Assembly (NCBI GenBank): GCA_047285535.1
Contig: JBJBDC010000001.1
Span: 2,368,136 to 2,432,135 of the forward strand
Direction of reading: 5' to 3'
Origin: Synechococcus sp.
Lineage (GTDB): Bacteria; Cyanobacteriota; Cyanobacteriia; PCC-6307; Cyanobiaceae
DNA: 64,000 bases
The position numbers and the translations under genes are program-made. Within the stretch, counting starts at the first letter, position 1. Each line of letters begins with the position of its first letter. Under the pieces are notes generated by a model that was not told the DNA's origin, ran no database searches, and saw only the letters and a program-made list of their open reading frames with translations. This document shows positions 48,144-58,796 of this stretch, piece by piece.

Positions 48144-49139
48144 ATGTGTATTTTTGAAGATAAGCATGTCTTGATTACGGGAGGTACTGGCTCCTTTGGC
48201 CGGGCCTTTGTTGGCTACTTGTTATCCCTAAAGAAGACTCCGAGCCTCATTACGATTTTTTCTCGAGACGAGCAGAAGCAACATGAGATGGCCCAAGATC
48301 TACCTCCTGGGAAATTCCCTGTTCGTTATTTGTTAGGTGACGTCCGGAACCTTGAACGGCTTATTGAGGTCAGTCAGGGAGTTGATGTACTTGTGCATTC
48401 AGCTGCAATGAAGCACGTACCGGCTGCACAGGCTAATCCGATTGAGTGTGTTCGGACCAATATCCTCGGATCTCATAATGTTGTTTTGGCGTCCCAGCTC
48501 AATAAAGTTTCAAGAGTAGTTGCTCTCTCCACCGATAAGGCTGCTTCACCTGCCAACGTCTACGGAGCTTCTAAGTTGCTACTTGAGCGAATTTTTCTCC
48601 ACGCGGATGAGCAAGGTGATTGTCGATTTTCTGTAGTGCGGTACGCAAATGTGTTTGGAAGTAAGGGATCTGTAGTTCCACTCTTTTTGCGGCGGAGGAA
48701 TACCGGAGTCCTGCCTATCACTAATCCAGAAATGACTCGTTTCAGTATCACGATGTCTGATGCTATTGATTTGGTTTGCTTTGCCATCCGAGATGGCTGG
48801 GGTGGTGAGGTTATTCTTCCGGTTGCGCCTTCCTATCGGTTAGTGGATGTTGCTACTGCTATTTCAGCTGATTTAGAGCAAAAAATTATTGGTGAGCGGC
48901 CTGGAGAGAAAATTCACGAACTGCTTTTTAGCAGTTTTGAGGCTCCACGGACACTTCAGCGCGAGCGTTACTTTATAATAACTCCTGAGTCTGGTCGTTA
49001 CAGTATCAGCGATTATGCCAATTCTACAGGTGCATCACGAATTGATTTAGAGAAAGAGTACACGTCTGCCAATAACGTTCGCTGGCTCTCTGTGAGTGAC
49101 CTTCAAGGTCTTTTGAAGAGTGAATCTATTCAATTCTGA
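48144..49139 (+). CDS. UDP-GlcNAc 4,6-dehydratase (PseB/FlaA1-like)
   Basis: TGGTGSFG, SRDEQKQ, AAMKHVP, LSTDKA...YGASK, RYANVFGSKGSV, MTRF. Confidence 0.87.
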   Translation: MCIFEDKHVLITGGTGSFGRAFVGYLLSLKKTPSLITIFSRDEQKQHEMAQDLPPGKFPVRYLLGDVRNLERLIEVSQGVDVLVHSAAMKHVPAAQANPIECVRTNILGSHNVVLASQLNKVSRVVALSTDKAASPANVYGASKLLLERIFLHADEQGDCRFSVVRYANVFGSKGSVVPLFLRRRNTGVLPITNPEMTRFSITMSDAIDLVCFAIRDGWGGEVILPVAPSYRLVDVATAISADLEQKIIGERPGEKIHELLFSSFEAPRTLQRERYFIITPESGRYSISDYANSTGASRIDLEKEYTSANNVRWLSVSDLQGLLKSESIQF

Positions 49140-49141
49140 TT

Positions 49142-49789
49142 ATGGTCGTTTCGAATCAGCCAGGGCATACAGATTGGTTGCAGTGGATTCAGCAGATTCA
49201 AGCTATTGCCCAAACTGGCCTTGCTTTTAGTCCTGACCCCTACGATCGCCAACGCTATGAGCAGCTGCGTCAGCTGGCTGCCTTGATTGCTAGCCGCCAT
49301 ACCGATGCACCTTTTGATCGGATTGATGGATTATTCGGCAATTTAAAGGGGTATGCCACGCCTCGAATAGAGGTTCGAGGGGCTGTGTTTGATCAGAACC
49401 ACAAGCTATTGATGGTAAGAGAAGCGGCTGATGGTGATCGTTGGACTCTTCCTGGTGGCTGGGTCGATGTGGGTAATACTCCAGCCCAAGCCATCTGCCG
49501 TGAGATTCTTGAGGAGAGTGGGTACGAAACTCGAATTACAAAATTGGCGGCCGTCTGGGACCGTCGTCGTCATCCATATCCTCAAGGTCCTTTCTCGTGC
49601 GTTGTGATGTTTTTTCTTGCTGAATTGATTGGTGGTACAGCCACCCTTAGCATTGAGACCAGCGGCTTGGAATGGTTTTCGGCCGATAGGTTGCCGGTCG
49701 ATCTTTCACTCGGCCGAGTCTTACCAGATCAATTACGGTGCATGGTCTTACACCATCACCACCCTGAGTTGATTACTGAATTTGACTGA
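49142..49789 (+). CDS. Nudix hydrolase with Nudix_N domain
   Basis: IAQTGLAF..DPYDRQRY, GYATP, LPGG...REILEESG. Confidence 0.9.
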   Translation: MVVSNQPGHTDWLQWIQQIQAIAQTGLAFSPDPYDRQRYEQLRQLAALIASRHTDAPFDRIDGLFGNLKGYATPRIEVRGAVFDQNHKLLMVREAADGDRWTLPGGWVDVGNTPAQAICREILEESGYETRITKLAAVWDRRRHPYPQGPFSCVVMFFLAELIGGTATLSIETSGLEWFSADRLPVDLSLGRVLPDQLRCMVLHHHHPELITEFD

Positions 49790-49809
49790 ATTATCTTGAC
49801 AGCATCTCA

Positions 49810-50931
49810 ATGGCTATTTTATTGATCAGCCCAGAGCCTTGGGAGGCCCACACTGTTAGTAAACATCATTACGCGCGAACTTTAGCAAGCGAAGGGCATA
49901 GAGTTCTTTACTTGGATCCGCCCGTGCAAGAACTGAAGGAAATTACGATCTATCCAGTCCTTGATTGTCCAGGTGTTGAAATAGTACAGGCACCTCGTGT
50001 GGCACCCGGCCTTCGAAAGATGCCTGGAGCTCTACGTCGTTTGCTTGAGCGTACCTGGTTGGAAGATTTGGAGCAACGGACCGATTCTCTTATTGAAGTG
50101 ATCTGGCTATTTGAAAATTCCCGCTTTTTCGATCTGCGCTTTGCAGGACCGCGTCTTAAGATCTATCATCAAATGGATCTCAATCAGGGTTTTTATCCAA
50201 ATATTGCTGCTCAAACTGCCGATATTTGTTTTTGCGTTGCCGAACATATTCGCCAAAAAATATTGCCTCACAATGCAAATACCTACTTTATTCAACATGG
50301 CTCTGCAGTTGCAACTACGACTGCACTTGCTGATCATTATCAGGCGAGATTACTAGGCAAAATGCCGAGAGCAGCGTACGTCGGTAATTTAGCCATTCCT
50401 TATCTTGACTGGGATATTTTGATTTCAGTTATGCAGAGCCATCTTGATGTGGAATTTCATTTGATAGGAGGTTTTAATGCGAATAATAAACGTCAACAAG
50501 ATATGGAAAAAATGTTGAATGTGAAGTGTTGGGGGCAAGTTGAAAGTAAGTCGATTCCAGCCATTCTGGAGCAAATGGATGTTTTGTTGCTTTGCTATTC
50601 TCAGCGCTATCAGGAGCAGGTTTCCAATTCTCATAAGCTCATGGAATATCTGGCGAGTGGTCGTACAGTTGTTGCTACTTACACTGAAGAATATGATCAT
50701 CATCGTGACTTAATCGTTATGGGTCAGCCTGGCAGCAATGCTGGTTACTTTGATCTTTTTAGTGAAGTGCTGTCCCGACTCAGCTTTTACAACTCGGCTG
50801 AGCGTATGGCATCAAGACGCGCCTTTGCAGCGGATCACCTTTACCCGCGTCAACTCAAACGTATTCAATCCTTATTGCTGCAGAATGGCTTCAGTCTGCC
50901 TAAGGCTAAGTACTCGGAATCTTCACTTTGA
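49810..50931 (+). CDS. GT-B glycosyltransferase (TuaH-like)
   Basis: SKHHYA, YVGNL, SHKLMEYLASG. Confidence 0.78.
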   Translation: MAILLISPEPWEAHTVSKHHYARTLASEGHRVLYLDPPVQELKEITIYPVLDCPGVEIVQAPRVAPGLRKMPGALRRLLERTWLEDLEQRTDSLIEVIWLFENSRFFDLRFAGPRLKIYHQMDLNQGFYPNIAAQTADICFCVAEHIRQKILPHNANTYFIQHGSAVATTTALADHYQARLLGKMPRAAYVGNLAIPYLDWDILISVMQSHLDVEFHLIGGFNANNKRQQDMEKMLNVKCWGQVESKSIPAILEQMDVLLLCYSQRYQEQVSNSHKLMEYLASGRTVVATYTEEYDHHRDLIVMGQPGSNAGYFDLFSEVLSRLSFYNSAERMASRRAFAADHLYPRQLKRIQSLLLQNGFSLPKAKYSESSL

Positions 50932-52160
50932 CTCTTCGCATCCTTCTTGTTTCGGTTGAATCTCCACCGTCTTTTAATGCCGAAGCATTGCAGGTTGGTA
51001 AGATACTTGAAGCTCTTCGTTCTGAGTCTGGAGTAGTCGTTGATGAAGTCACTGCAGCATCAACATCGGGTGTGTTCTGTGCTGTTTCATCCTTCGCCAC
51101 TCAGCAGCCAAATTTCCATAAGTCTCAGACAGTTACTGTCCCATGTCGTTTTTCCCGCTGGCAGCGGATATTGATCAGGTTGTTGGCTCCCTGGTTACCT
51201 CATCGTCCCGATTGGTCATTTCTTTTTTCCTGGCGTTGGCGACAAGCAGCTTCTCAACTGCAGCACGCACCCGATCTAATTTATTCAAGATCTTTTCCTC
51301 CTTCTTCAACTCTGGCGGCTGCTAAGTTAGCGCGCCATTTCCGAGTTCCCTGGTTCCTACACTTAAGTGATCCTTGGACTGAATCAAGTATAAAGTCATC
51401 AAACTATCGAACTAACTGGCATCTAAGGCAAGAGAGGCACTGTCTGCAATTTGCTGATCGTATCTCTTTCACGTCGCCCACCACCCTGGATCGCTATCAA
51501 CAACTCTATCCATCGCTTCGCGATCGGATGACTCTTGACCCCAATTGTTATGACAATACCTACCTACAAGTCGCCGCTTGGAAACCTCAGAAGCGACTTC
51601 GGCTCGTTCATACCGGCAGCTTCACTTTGGGCCGTTGGCCTGATGCTCTGTTTGAAGCTTTATTCTCCTTGCCTAAAGATCATCCTTTTCTTGTAGATTT
51701 AGAATTAATTCATGTTGGTCCGGTTGATAGCCATACTCGGCGAATTTTTGAGCAGGCTGGCCCCTGGCTTAGTGATTATGGTGCTGTCTCCTCCCCAGTA
51801 GCCTTTCAACTTCAATGCAGCGCAGACCTTCTTTTAGTGGTTGATTACCAACTTGGAACTGCACGTGATGCTCAATATCTTCCTTCGAAACTTTCGGACT
51901 ACTTAGCAATCAGACGTCCAGTACTTGCTATAACTGATGTTGGTAGTGCTAGCTGGCAATTTGTTCTTGAAAACCATCTAGGTACTCCAGCAGCTCATGG
52001 AGATTCTATAGGCTTGCTTCAGATCCTTTTTAAGTATTGGCAGGCGTGGCAGAGGTCAGATCACACTCTTTTTTCTTTGCCCATTCCGAGTAATAGCTTT
52101 TCTTCGCATTGCGTATCTCGCAAAATTGTGGCTGCTGCAAAACAAATAACTGGTTCCTAG
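50928..52160 (+). CDS. GT4-like glycosyltransferase
   Basis: SDPW, HTGSF, PSKLSDYLAIRRP. Confidence 0.75.
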   Translation: MTLRILLVSVESPPSFNAEALQVGKILEALRSESGVVVDEVTAASTSGVFCAVSSFATQQPNFHKSQTVTVPCRFSRWQRILIRLLAPWLPHRPDWSFLFSWRWRQAASQLQHAPDLIYSRSFPPSSTLAAAKLARHFRVPWFLHLSDPWTESSIKSSNYRTNWHLRQERHCLQFADRISFTSPTTLDRYQQLYPSLRDRMTLDPNCYDNTYLQVAAWKPQKRLRLVHTGSFTLGRWPDALFEALFSLPKDHPFLVDLELIHVGPVDSHTRRIFEQAGPWLSDYGAVSSPVAFQLQCSADLLLVVDYQLGTARDAQYLPSKLSDYLAIRRPVLAITDVGSASWQFVLENHLGTPAAHGDSIGLLQILFKYWQAWQRSDHTLFSLPIPSNSFSSHCVSRKIVAAAKQITGS

Positions 52161-52458
52161 GAGAGGCTGGTTGAAATTGGAATCCTCTGGCTTTATGGAA
52201 CACTGATTTCTCACAATCAATAACTTATAATTTAATTTGTTTTTCTTGGCATTCTAATGGATTCATTGTTGCCTCAATTGTTTTCCTTATTGAGCATGAG
52301 AACTCGGTTGAGAAAATGTTGGTTTGGCTGCGCTACCCCTTTGCGTTTAAATATGTATCCTCCGTTCTGTTCGCTTCATCTGACTTCACAAGTCACTCTT
52401 GCTGCTAAAATATGAATTAAGAATAATAGCGTTCAAGCCTTTTGCCTTTTTTGATTTT

Positions 52459-53385
52459 ATGTCTAATTATGCATTCCACTCTCGAGAATACTGTTTGATG
52501 TGTGGATCCCCCTCGGCTGGTAATGCCGTATTGGGTTTGCGTATGAATCGAAGGCAGGGATGGAAGCCAAGGGGGAAAAGTGGAGTTACGACAACGATAA
52601 TGCGTTGTAAGGCTTGTGGTTTCATATATCCGGATCCCTTGCCAATTCCCGCATCAATCGAAGACCATTATGGTATTGATCCACAGTCTTATTGGACTGA
52701 TAGTTCTTATTTTTCGGTTAGTGATGATTATTTTGTTGGTGAAATAAATTCAGCTAGAGACCTGCTGCCCAAGTCTGACGATTTGTCGAATCCGCTTACA
52801 GCTCTTGATGTTGGGGCTGGTATAGGAAAATGTATGACTGCTCTAGGACGAGCAGGCTTTGAAGCTTGGGGGCTTGAGCCTTCTTCAACTTTTCGCCAGA
52901 TGGCGATTGATCGAGTTGGTATTGAGCCAGACCGGCTTCAACTTTCAAGTATTGAGGATGCAGAATGGCCGACTGATTTCTTTGATTATATTACTTTTGG
53001 TGCAGTCCTTGAACATCTTTACGACCCTGCTTTTTCCATTAAAAGAGCACTGTCCTGGCTCAAGCCTGGTGGTGTTATACATGCAGAAGTTCCTTCTTCT
53101 GACTATCTTATCCATAATCTCCTGAATAAATATTATAAGCTAATCGGGACAAGCTTTGTGGCTAATTTGAGTCCAATGCACTCTCCTTATCATCTTTATG
53201 AATTTACACCTCGAAGTTTTGAATCCTTGGGATTGCAGCTTGGCTTTGAATTGGCGAAATTTTCATATCACCCAGCTTCAGGTCGTTTTGTACCGCGTCA
53301 TTTGTATCCCATTCTCTTTCGTTGGATGATGGCAACCAATACCGGAATGCAATTAACAGTTTTGCTCCGAAAGCCGCACATTTGA
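52459..53385 (+). CDS. Class I SAM methyltransferase with N-terminal CxxC pairs
   Basis: CLMC...CKAC, LDVGAGIG, VLEHL, LKPGG. Confidence 0.85.
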   Translation: MSNYAFHSREYCLMCGSPSAGNAVLGLRMNRRQGWKPRGKSGVTTTIMRCKACGFIYPDPLPIPASIEDHYGIDPQSYWTDSSYFSVSDDYFVGEINSARDLLPKSDDLSNPLTALDVGAGIGKCMTALGRAGFEAWGLEPSSTFRQMAIDRVGIEPDRLQLSSIEDAEWPTDFFDYITFGAVLEHLYDPAFSIKRALSWLKPGGVIHAEVPSSDYLIHNLLNKYYKLIGTSFVANLSPMHSPYHLYEFTPRSFESLGLQLGFELAKFSYHPASGRFVPRHLYPILFRWMMATNTGMQLTVLLRKPHI

Positions 53386-53397
53386 GACTTATTAGCT

Positions 53398-54462
53398 TTG
53401 ACGATCCGCGTTCTTGGACTTTCTCTCTATGGCCCTCAAGCTGCTAGCCACCGTGTTCGGCTTTCTCAATTTAAGCCTGGCTTGGCAGCTGCAGGTATTG
53501 ATTTGCATATTCAGTCTTTACTCGATAATAATTACTTGCAACGCAGTTTTTCCGGTCAGCGCCTCTCGCTGAGGGATCTATTCGCTGCATATGTCCGTCG
53601 TATCTACGCGTTGAACAATGCCTATCAATTTGATTTGGCGATTGTGTATGGCGATTTGCTTCCTTTTCTCCCTTGGTGGTTTGAGAAAAGGCTACTTAAG
53701 ATTCCTTTTATTTATGACTTCGACGACGCTTTTTATTTGAAGTACAGAAATGCAAGATTACCTATGTCGTCTCTCGCTGGTAAAATCGATAAAACTATAT
53801 CCCATGCCCTCGCCGTAACAGCTGGCAATATTGGGTTGGCTGTATATGCTCAACAGTTTAATGGTAACGTTTCGATTCTTCCGTCAGTTGTTGATACTGT
53901 CAAATATAAACTTGCAAGCTTCCCTTCGGTTTCTTCACTAAGAGGCCCTTTCACAATTGGTTGGATAGGTAGTCCTTCTACTGCCCCTTTTCTTCAGATT
54001 CTCGTTGAGCCTTTGCAAAGGCTGGCCTGCGAACGTCCTTTGCGTCTTATGTTAGTTGGTGGCTCTGCCCCTGCTATTAAAGGTGTAGAGGTCATTGAGC
54101 ACCCTTGGCATTTGGAGCACGAAGTGACTCTCATTCAAAAGTTCGATGTGGGAGTGATGCCGTTGCCAAACACCCCATGGACCCGCGGGAAGTGTGCCTA
54201 CAAGCTTATTCAGTGTATGGCCTGTGGCATTCCAGTGGTTGCTTCTGCAGTGGGTACCAATGTGGATGCCGTTCCTTCCGAATGTGGTCTGCTTGCTGAT
54301 TCTCCAGAAGATTGGCTCGATGCCCTTCAACGTCTGGCTGCTAATCCTGAGCTTCGTCAGCAGATGGGTTTGTCAGCTCGTCGCTGGGTGGAGGAACATT
54401 ACTCGTTGCGAAGTGCATTGCCCATATTGAAAAATGTGATCCATTCAGCAGATGTACATTGA
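53398..54462 (+). CDS. GT4 glycosyltransferase
   Basis: YDFDDAF, GWIGS, GKCAYKLIQCMACGIPVV. Confidence 0.88.
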   Translation: MTIRVLGLSLYGPQAASHRVRLSQFKPGLAAAGIDLHIQSLLDNNYLQRSFSGQRLSLRDLFAAYVRRIYALNNAYQFDLAIVYGDLLPFLPWWFEKRLLKIPFIYDFDDAFYLKYRNARLPMSSLAGKIDKTISHALAVTAGNIGLAVYAQQFNGNVSILPSVVDTVKYKLASFPSVSSLRGPFTIGWIGSPSTAPFLQILVEPLQRLACERPLRLMLVGGSAPAIKGVEVIEHPWHLEHEVTLIQKFDVGVMPLPNTPWTRGKCAYKLIQCMACGIPVVASAVGTNVDAVPSECGLLADSPEDWLDALQRLAANPELRQQMGLSARRWVEEHYSLRSALPILKNVIHSADVH

Positions 54463-54597
54463 TTTTACTTCTTATCCAATTCCATATTGATTAAACCTCT
54501 CCATGGCCGCTTCTGTTTCCAATTTCTCTGTGTTACTTATTTCTCTATGTGTGACTTTGTCGGTTTGTCTCAGGCATGAGGGAGCTAATAACTCACT

Positions 54598-55650
54598 ATG
54601 ATTCCTTACCTATTGATGTGGGGCGTCTTGGCAGCCGCCGGATTGAGTGGGTCCCGTCGCATTACTTTATCTACTCTTTTAGCATTAGGATTATCACTCA
54701 CTCTGCTGATTGGCCTTCGTTATCAGGTTGGTGGCGACTGGTATAGGTATTTTGTTTACCTTGACAGAGCCTTTGGGCTCCCTTTCTGGGAAGTTATTCG
54801 TGAACCAGAGGCTGGTTATGTTCTTCTCAATTGGTTCGGCGCTAATTGGGGAGGAGGTGTTTTTTTAGTAAATTCTCTCTGTGGTCTTATTTTTTCTATA
54901 GGCCTACTCGCTTTCTGTCGTGCACAGCCGCGGCCCTGGCTATCTCTCATCATTGCCTTCCCCTATCTCATCATGGTAGTTGCTATGGGGTATTCACGGC
55001 AGGGTGTTGCCATTGGTTTAGAGATGTTGGCACTTCTCGCGCTGCAGAGGGAACGTCTGCTTCAGTTTTTGCTTGCGATAGCTCTGGCGGCTACCTTTCA
55101 CCGCACTGTTTTGGTGATGTTGATATTGCCAATTTCCACTTTGAGGGGGTCGTTGCAATTTTCGCAGATTTTACGGATTGGATTATTGGTCGGGGCAGGC
55201 TACGGACTCTATTCCTCCTCAATCGCTCCTAATATTGAATATTACAGACTAGGTTATTTAGAAGCTGAGTATCAATCTCAAGGCGCTCTGATTCGGGTGG
55301 CACTTTGCTTATTACCTGCTCTGACCTTTCTCTTCAACCGTAGTGCTTTCCGTCTTACTTCGAATCTGCGTCGCATCTGGAGTTTGATGAGCTGGATGGC
55401 TGTGGCCGCTGCTATTGGCTTGTTTACGGTGGCATCTTCCACTGCCATCGATAGGCTCGCGCTGTATTTAATCCCATTACAGCTTTTTGTAGGTGCTCGT
55501 TTGCCTGATACCCGTATGTTGGGGTTCAACCCTGTTAAATGGAATCAGTTCTTAATTCTTCTCTCTCTGGTGGTCCTTCTGGTTTGGTTGATATTTGCTG
55601 GGCATGCGTTCGCTTGGTTGCCTTATCGCAATTTGATTTTTTCGTTTTGA
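54598..55650 (+). CDS. EpsG-family (Wzy-like) polymerase
   Basis: About 10 TMs; GLRYQVGGDW..Y, EAGY, SRQGVA, ATFHRT. Confidence 0.83.
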   Translation: MIPYLLMWGVLAAAGLSGSRRITLSTLLALGLSLTLLIGLRYQVGGDWYRYFVYLDRAFGLPFWEVIREPEAGYVLLNWFGANWGGGVFLVNSLCGLIFSIGLLAFCRAQPRPWLSLIIAFPYLIMVVAMGYSRQGVAIGLEMLALLALQRERLLQFLLAIALAATFHRTVLVMLILPISTLRGSLQFSQILRIGLLVGAGYGLYSSSIAPNIEYYRLGYLEAEYQSQGALIRVALCLLPALTFLFNRSAFRLTSNLRRIWSLMSWMAVAAAIGLFTVASSTAIDRLALYLIPLQLFVGARLPDTRMLGFNPVKWNQFLILLSLVVLLVWLIFAGHAFAWLPYRNLIFSF

Positions 55651-55654
55651 GCTG

Positions 55655-56833
55655 ATGTCTTGCTACAAGGTGCTTCTGGTTGCCAATACTAGTTGGTACC
55701 TTTACAACTTTCGCTTACCTCTCATTCGAGATCTGCGCGATCTTGGTTATGACGTGAGTTTGGTCGCTCCTCATGACGATCACACTCCTCTTTTAGAGGC
55801 AGAGGGATTTATTGTTCATCCCTGGCTAGTTGCACGTAGTTCCGTTAATCCTTTAACTGAAGCACATGCACTGGTGGACTTGCTACGCATCTATCGACGC
55901 GAAAATCCAGATCTGGTTCACCACTTCACAATCAAGGCTTGCCTTTACGGCACAATCGCCGCAAAAGGAGCTCGTACATATCGAGTCATTAATGCCGTCA
56001 CTGGTCTGGGCCATGTGTTCCTTGGGAAGAGAAAACGTAGCCGTTTGCTGCGCAAAATGATCAAGCCGGTTTACAAGGCAACATTCAAAGCTCGGCGCGC
56101 CACTGTGGTGTTTCAGAACGCTGATGATCAGGAGAAGTTGATTCAGCTTGGTATCACCGATGGCGAGCGTGCCCATTTAATTCGAGGCTCTGGTGTTGAT
56201 ATTGAACGGTTCAAGCCCCAATATGATTCTGCTGGTCGTTTTCATGATCCCTTGCAGCTTGTGTTCCCTTCTCGCCTGATTCGTGAGAAAGGCACGGTTG
56301 AATTACTTCAGGCTTGCCGAACACTGTGGGAAGATGGCATTGAGCTTGAGTTGTTAGTGGCCGGTGCACTTGATAGTGGCAACCGTTCATCCCTTACTGA
56401 TTCTGAACTAGAGGATCTACAGACCAATCGCCGCATTCGTTGTTTGGGTCATATCAATAATATGCAGGATCTGTATGCCGTTAGTGACATTGTGGTGCTG
56501 CCATCTTGGCGCGAGGGCCTCTCCCGAGCCTTGATTGAAGCCGCGTCCATGGAACGGCCGATCATCACAACTGATGTGCCAGGTTGCCGTGATGTTGTCG
56601 AACATGGCCGCACTGGCCTTTTGGTGCCAGTGCGTGATCGTCGTTCGATTGAGCTAGCGATTCGATTGATGCTTGAAAACCCAGATTTAGCTAGACGCTG
56701 CGGGAAAGCGGCTCGCAAAAAGGTGGTTGCTGAATTTCAAGTATCACTGGTGAATGATTGCACCTTGAGACAATACAAACGTCTGCTTGGAACTCCTCTC
56801 AATCGAAAGCCCTTCCTCAAGGGAGTCTTTTGA
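55655..56833 (+). CDS. GT4 glycosyltransferase (PglA/CapM-like)
   Basis: NFRLPL, TIK, TGLG, FQNADD, GSGVD, REGLSRALIEA, DVPGC. Confidence 0.9.
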   Translation: MSCYKVLLVANTSWYLYNFRLPLIRDLRDLGYDVSLVAPHDDHTPLLEAEGFIVHPWLVARSSVNPLTEAHALVDLLRIYRRENPDLVHHFTIKACLYGTIAAKGARTYRVINAVTGLGHVFLGKRKRSRLLRKMIKPVYKATFKARRATVVFQNADDQEKLIQLGITDGERAHLIRGSGVDIERFKPQYDSAGRFHDPLQLVFPSRLIREKGTVELLQACRTLWEDGIELELLVAGALDSGNRSSLTDSELEDLQTNRRIRCLGHINNMQDLYAVSDIVVLPSWREGLSRALIEAASMERPIITTDVPGCRDVVEHGRTGLLVPVRDRRSIELAIRLMLENPDLARRCGKAARKKVVAEFQVSLVNDCTLRQYKRLLGTPLNRKPFLKGVF

Positions 56834-56837
56834 GCTG

Positions 56838-58796
56838 ATGTGTGGGGTTGTAGGTCTTTGGCGTGATGCGGTTGTCTCGCAGGTTTTTGATCTTCAGCAT
56901 TCCGCCTCTGTGATGGCAGCGGCGGTTAGCCATCGTGGTCCTGATGATGCAGGAGTGTGGACGGATCCCACTGCTGGTGTGGCTCTGGCCCATCATCGTC
57001 TCGCAATTCTGGATCTCACGCCTGCCGGTCATCAGCCGATGCTCAGCTCTGGTGGTCGTTATGTAATTGCTTTCAATGGTGAGATCTACAACCACCTCAG
57101 TCTTCGTAAGGAATTAGAGAATAAATGCCTTGTGCACCAGCACTGGCGTGGCCATTCTGATACCGAAACCCTGCTCGCTGCGATCGGAGCCTGGGGATTG
57201 ACAGCAGCTCTGTCGCGATGTGCTGGCATGTTTGCCTTGGCTCTTTGGGACAGGCATGAGCGGAAGCTTCATCTAGCCCGTGATCGCTTCGGGGAGAAGC
57301 CGTTGTATTGGGGATGGATGCAGCAGGCTGGTCAGCGTGTGCTGGTGTTTGCCTCGGAGCTCTCGGCTCTCAGAGCCTTGCCTGGTGCCTCTGTCCCTGC
57401 CGTCAACCCAGATGCCTTGGCGGCCTTTTTCCGCTGCGGCTGCTTGCCTGCACCGTTCTCGATTTACTCCGGCTTGCAGCAGCTTCCGCCTGGCCATCAC
57501 CTAGTCATTAGCAACCCTCAACAGGAAGCTGTATCTCAGCCATGGTGGAGACTTTCACAGCAATCCAGTCAGGCCTTTGCTAAGCAAACGGATGCTGCTA
57601 AGCAATCCGAGCAAGCATTGATTGATCAGTTGGAGGCCACCTTGCAAGAGGTGATTGCAGAGCAGGCTCTGGCTGATGTGCCTCTTGGGGCTTTCCTTTC
57701 CGGTGGCATAGATTCGTCGTTGATCGCGGCCCTCCTCCAGGCCAACAGCAATCGGCCGGTTCGCAGTTTCACGATTGCCTTCCCCGACGAAGGAGGCGGA
57801 GAAGCCGGCTTCAATGAAGCGCCTTATGCCGCAGCAGTAGCCGCCCATTTGGGTACTCATCACAACGAAGTGGCCCTCACCGCGGCTGATGCACGCGACT
57901 TGATCCCCCTCTTGTCTCAGCTCTATTGCGAACCATTTGCTGATTCCTCCCAACTTCCTACCCATTTGGTCTGCCGAGAAGCGCGACGTAGCGGGCTCAC
58001 GGTGGCCCTTTCTGGCGATGGCGGTGATGAACTGTTTGGTGGTTACAACCGCCATCGTCTGGCGCCAAAACTGCATCAGCAGCTGGGCTGGATGCCATCG
58101 CTGCTGCGTCGGGTGCTGGCCCGCGCCTTGGAGCAGGTACCCGTGCGGGAGCAGGGACTGGCTCGCGACAAACGCCGAAAATTGGCAGCGTCCGTCCGCG
58201 CCAGCGGCTCTTTGGCCGCGTTGCACCATTCGCTTACCAGCATTTGGCCTAATCCAGCTGCGCTGCTCTCTTCATCACTGGCACTCGGAGAAACAAGCAT
58301 CGGTTTAGAGGGTTGGTCGTTGCCGGAGGCCCCATCAGTTGCTGAGCAGTTGATGCTGGCCGATACCAGCGACTATCTACCCAACGATATTTTGGTGAAA
58401 GTCGACCGGGCGGCGATGGCGGCCAGCCTGGAAACTCGGTCGCCCTTCCTCGATCATCGCGTCGCCAACTTGGCGTGGCAGTTGCCGTTGGCCCTAAAGC
58501 TGCGTGATGGGGAAGGGAAGTGGGCCCTGCGTCAGCTGCTTGATCGCTATCTGCCCCGTGCCTTCTTTGATCGTCCTAAAGCAGGCTTTTCGATGCCGAT
58601 TGGGCCTTGGTTGCGTGGTCCTTTGAGGCCTTGGGCGGAAGATTTACTCGATCCTGCATTGATTCGCCGCCAAGGTTGGCTTAAGCCTGAGCCGATACAA
58701 CATCTCTGGAGTGCCCATTTAGGTGGCTCCGATCACACCCCCCAGCTCTGGAGTGTACTGATGTGGCAATCCTGGTTTGCGCAGTGGCATCCCTGA
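56838..58796 (+). CDS. asnB: Asparagine synthase-like glutamine amidotransferase (WbpS/AsnB-like)
   Basis: MCGVV (Ntn Cys), HRGPD, FNGEIYN, LSGGIDSS, SGDGGDELFGGY. Confidence 0.92.
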   Translation: MCGVVGLWRDAVVSQVFDLQHSASVMAAAVSHRGPDDAGVWTDPTAGVALAHHRLAILDLTPAGHQPMLSSGGRYVIAFNGEIYNHLSLRKELENKCLVHQHWRGHSDTETLLAAIGAWGLTAALSRCAGMFALALWDRHERKLHLARDRFGEKPLYWGWMQQAGQRVLVFASELSALRALPGASVPAVNPDALAAFFRCGCLPAPFSIYSGLQQLPPGHHLVISNPQQEAVSQPWWRLSQQSSQAFAKQTDAAKQSEQALIDQLEATLQEVIAEQALADVPLGAFLSGGIDSSLIAALLQANSNRPVRSFTIAFPDEGGGEAGFNEAPYAAAVAAHLGTHHNEVALTAADARDLIPLLSQLYCEPFADSSQLPTHLVCREARRSGLTVALSGDGGDELFGGYNRHRLAPKLHQQLGWMPSLLRRVLARALEQVPVREQGLARDKRRKLAASVRASGSLAALHHSLTSIWPNPAALLSSSLALGETSIGLEGWSLPEAPSVAEQLMLADTSDYLPNDILVKVDRAAMAASLETRSPFLDHRVANLAWQLPLALKLRDGEGKWALRQLLDRYLPRAFFDRPKAGFSMPIGPWLRGPLRPWAEDLLDPALIRRQGWLKPEPIQHLWSAHLGGSDHTPQLWSVLMWQSWFAQWHP

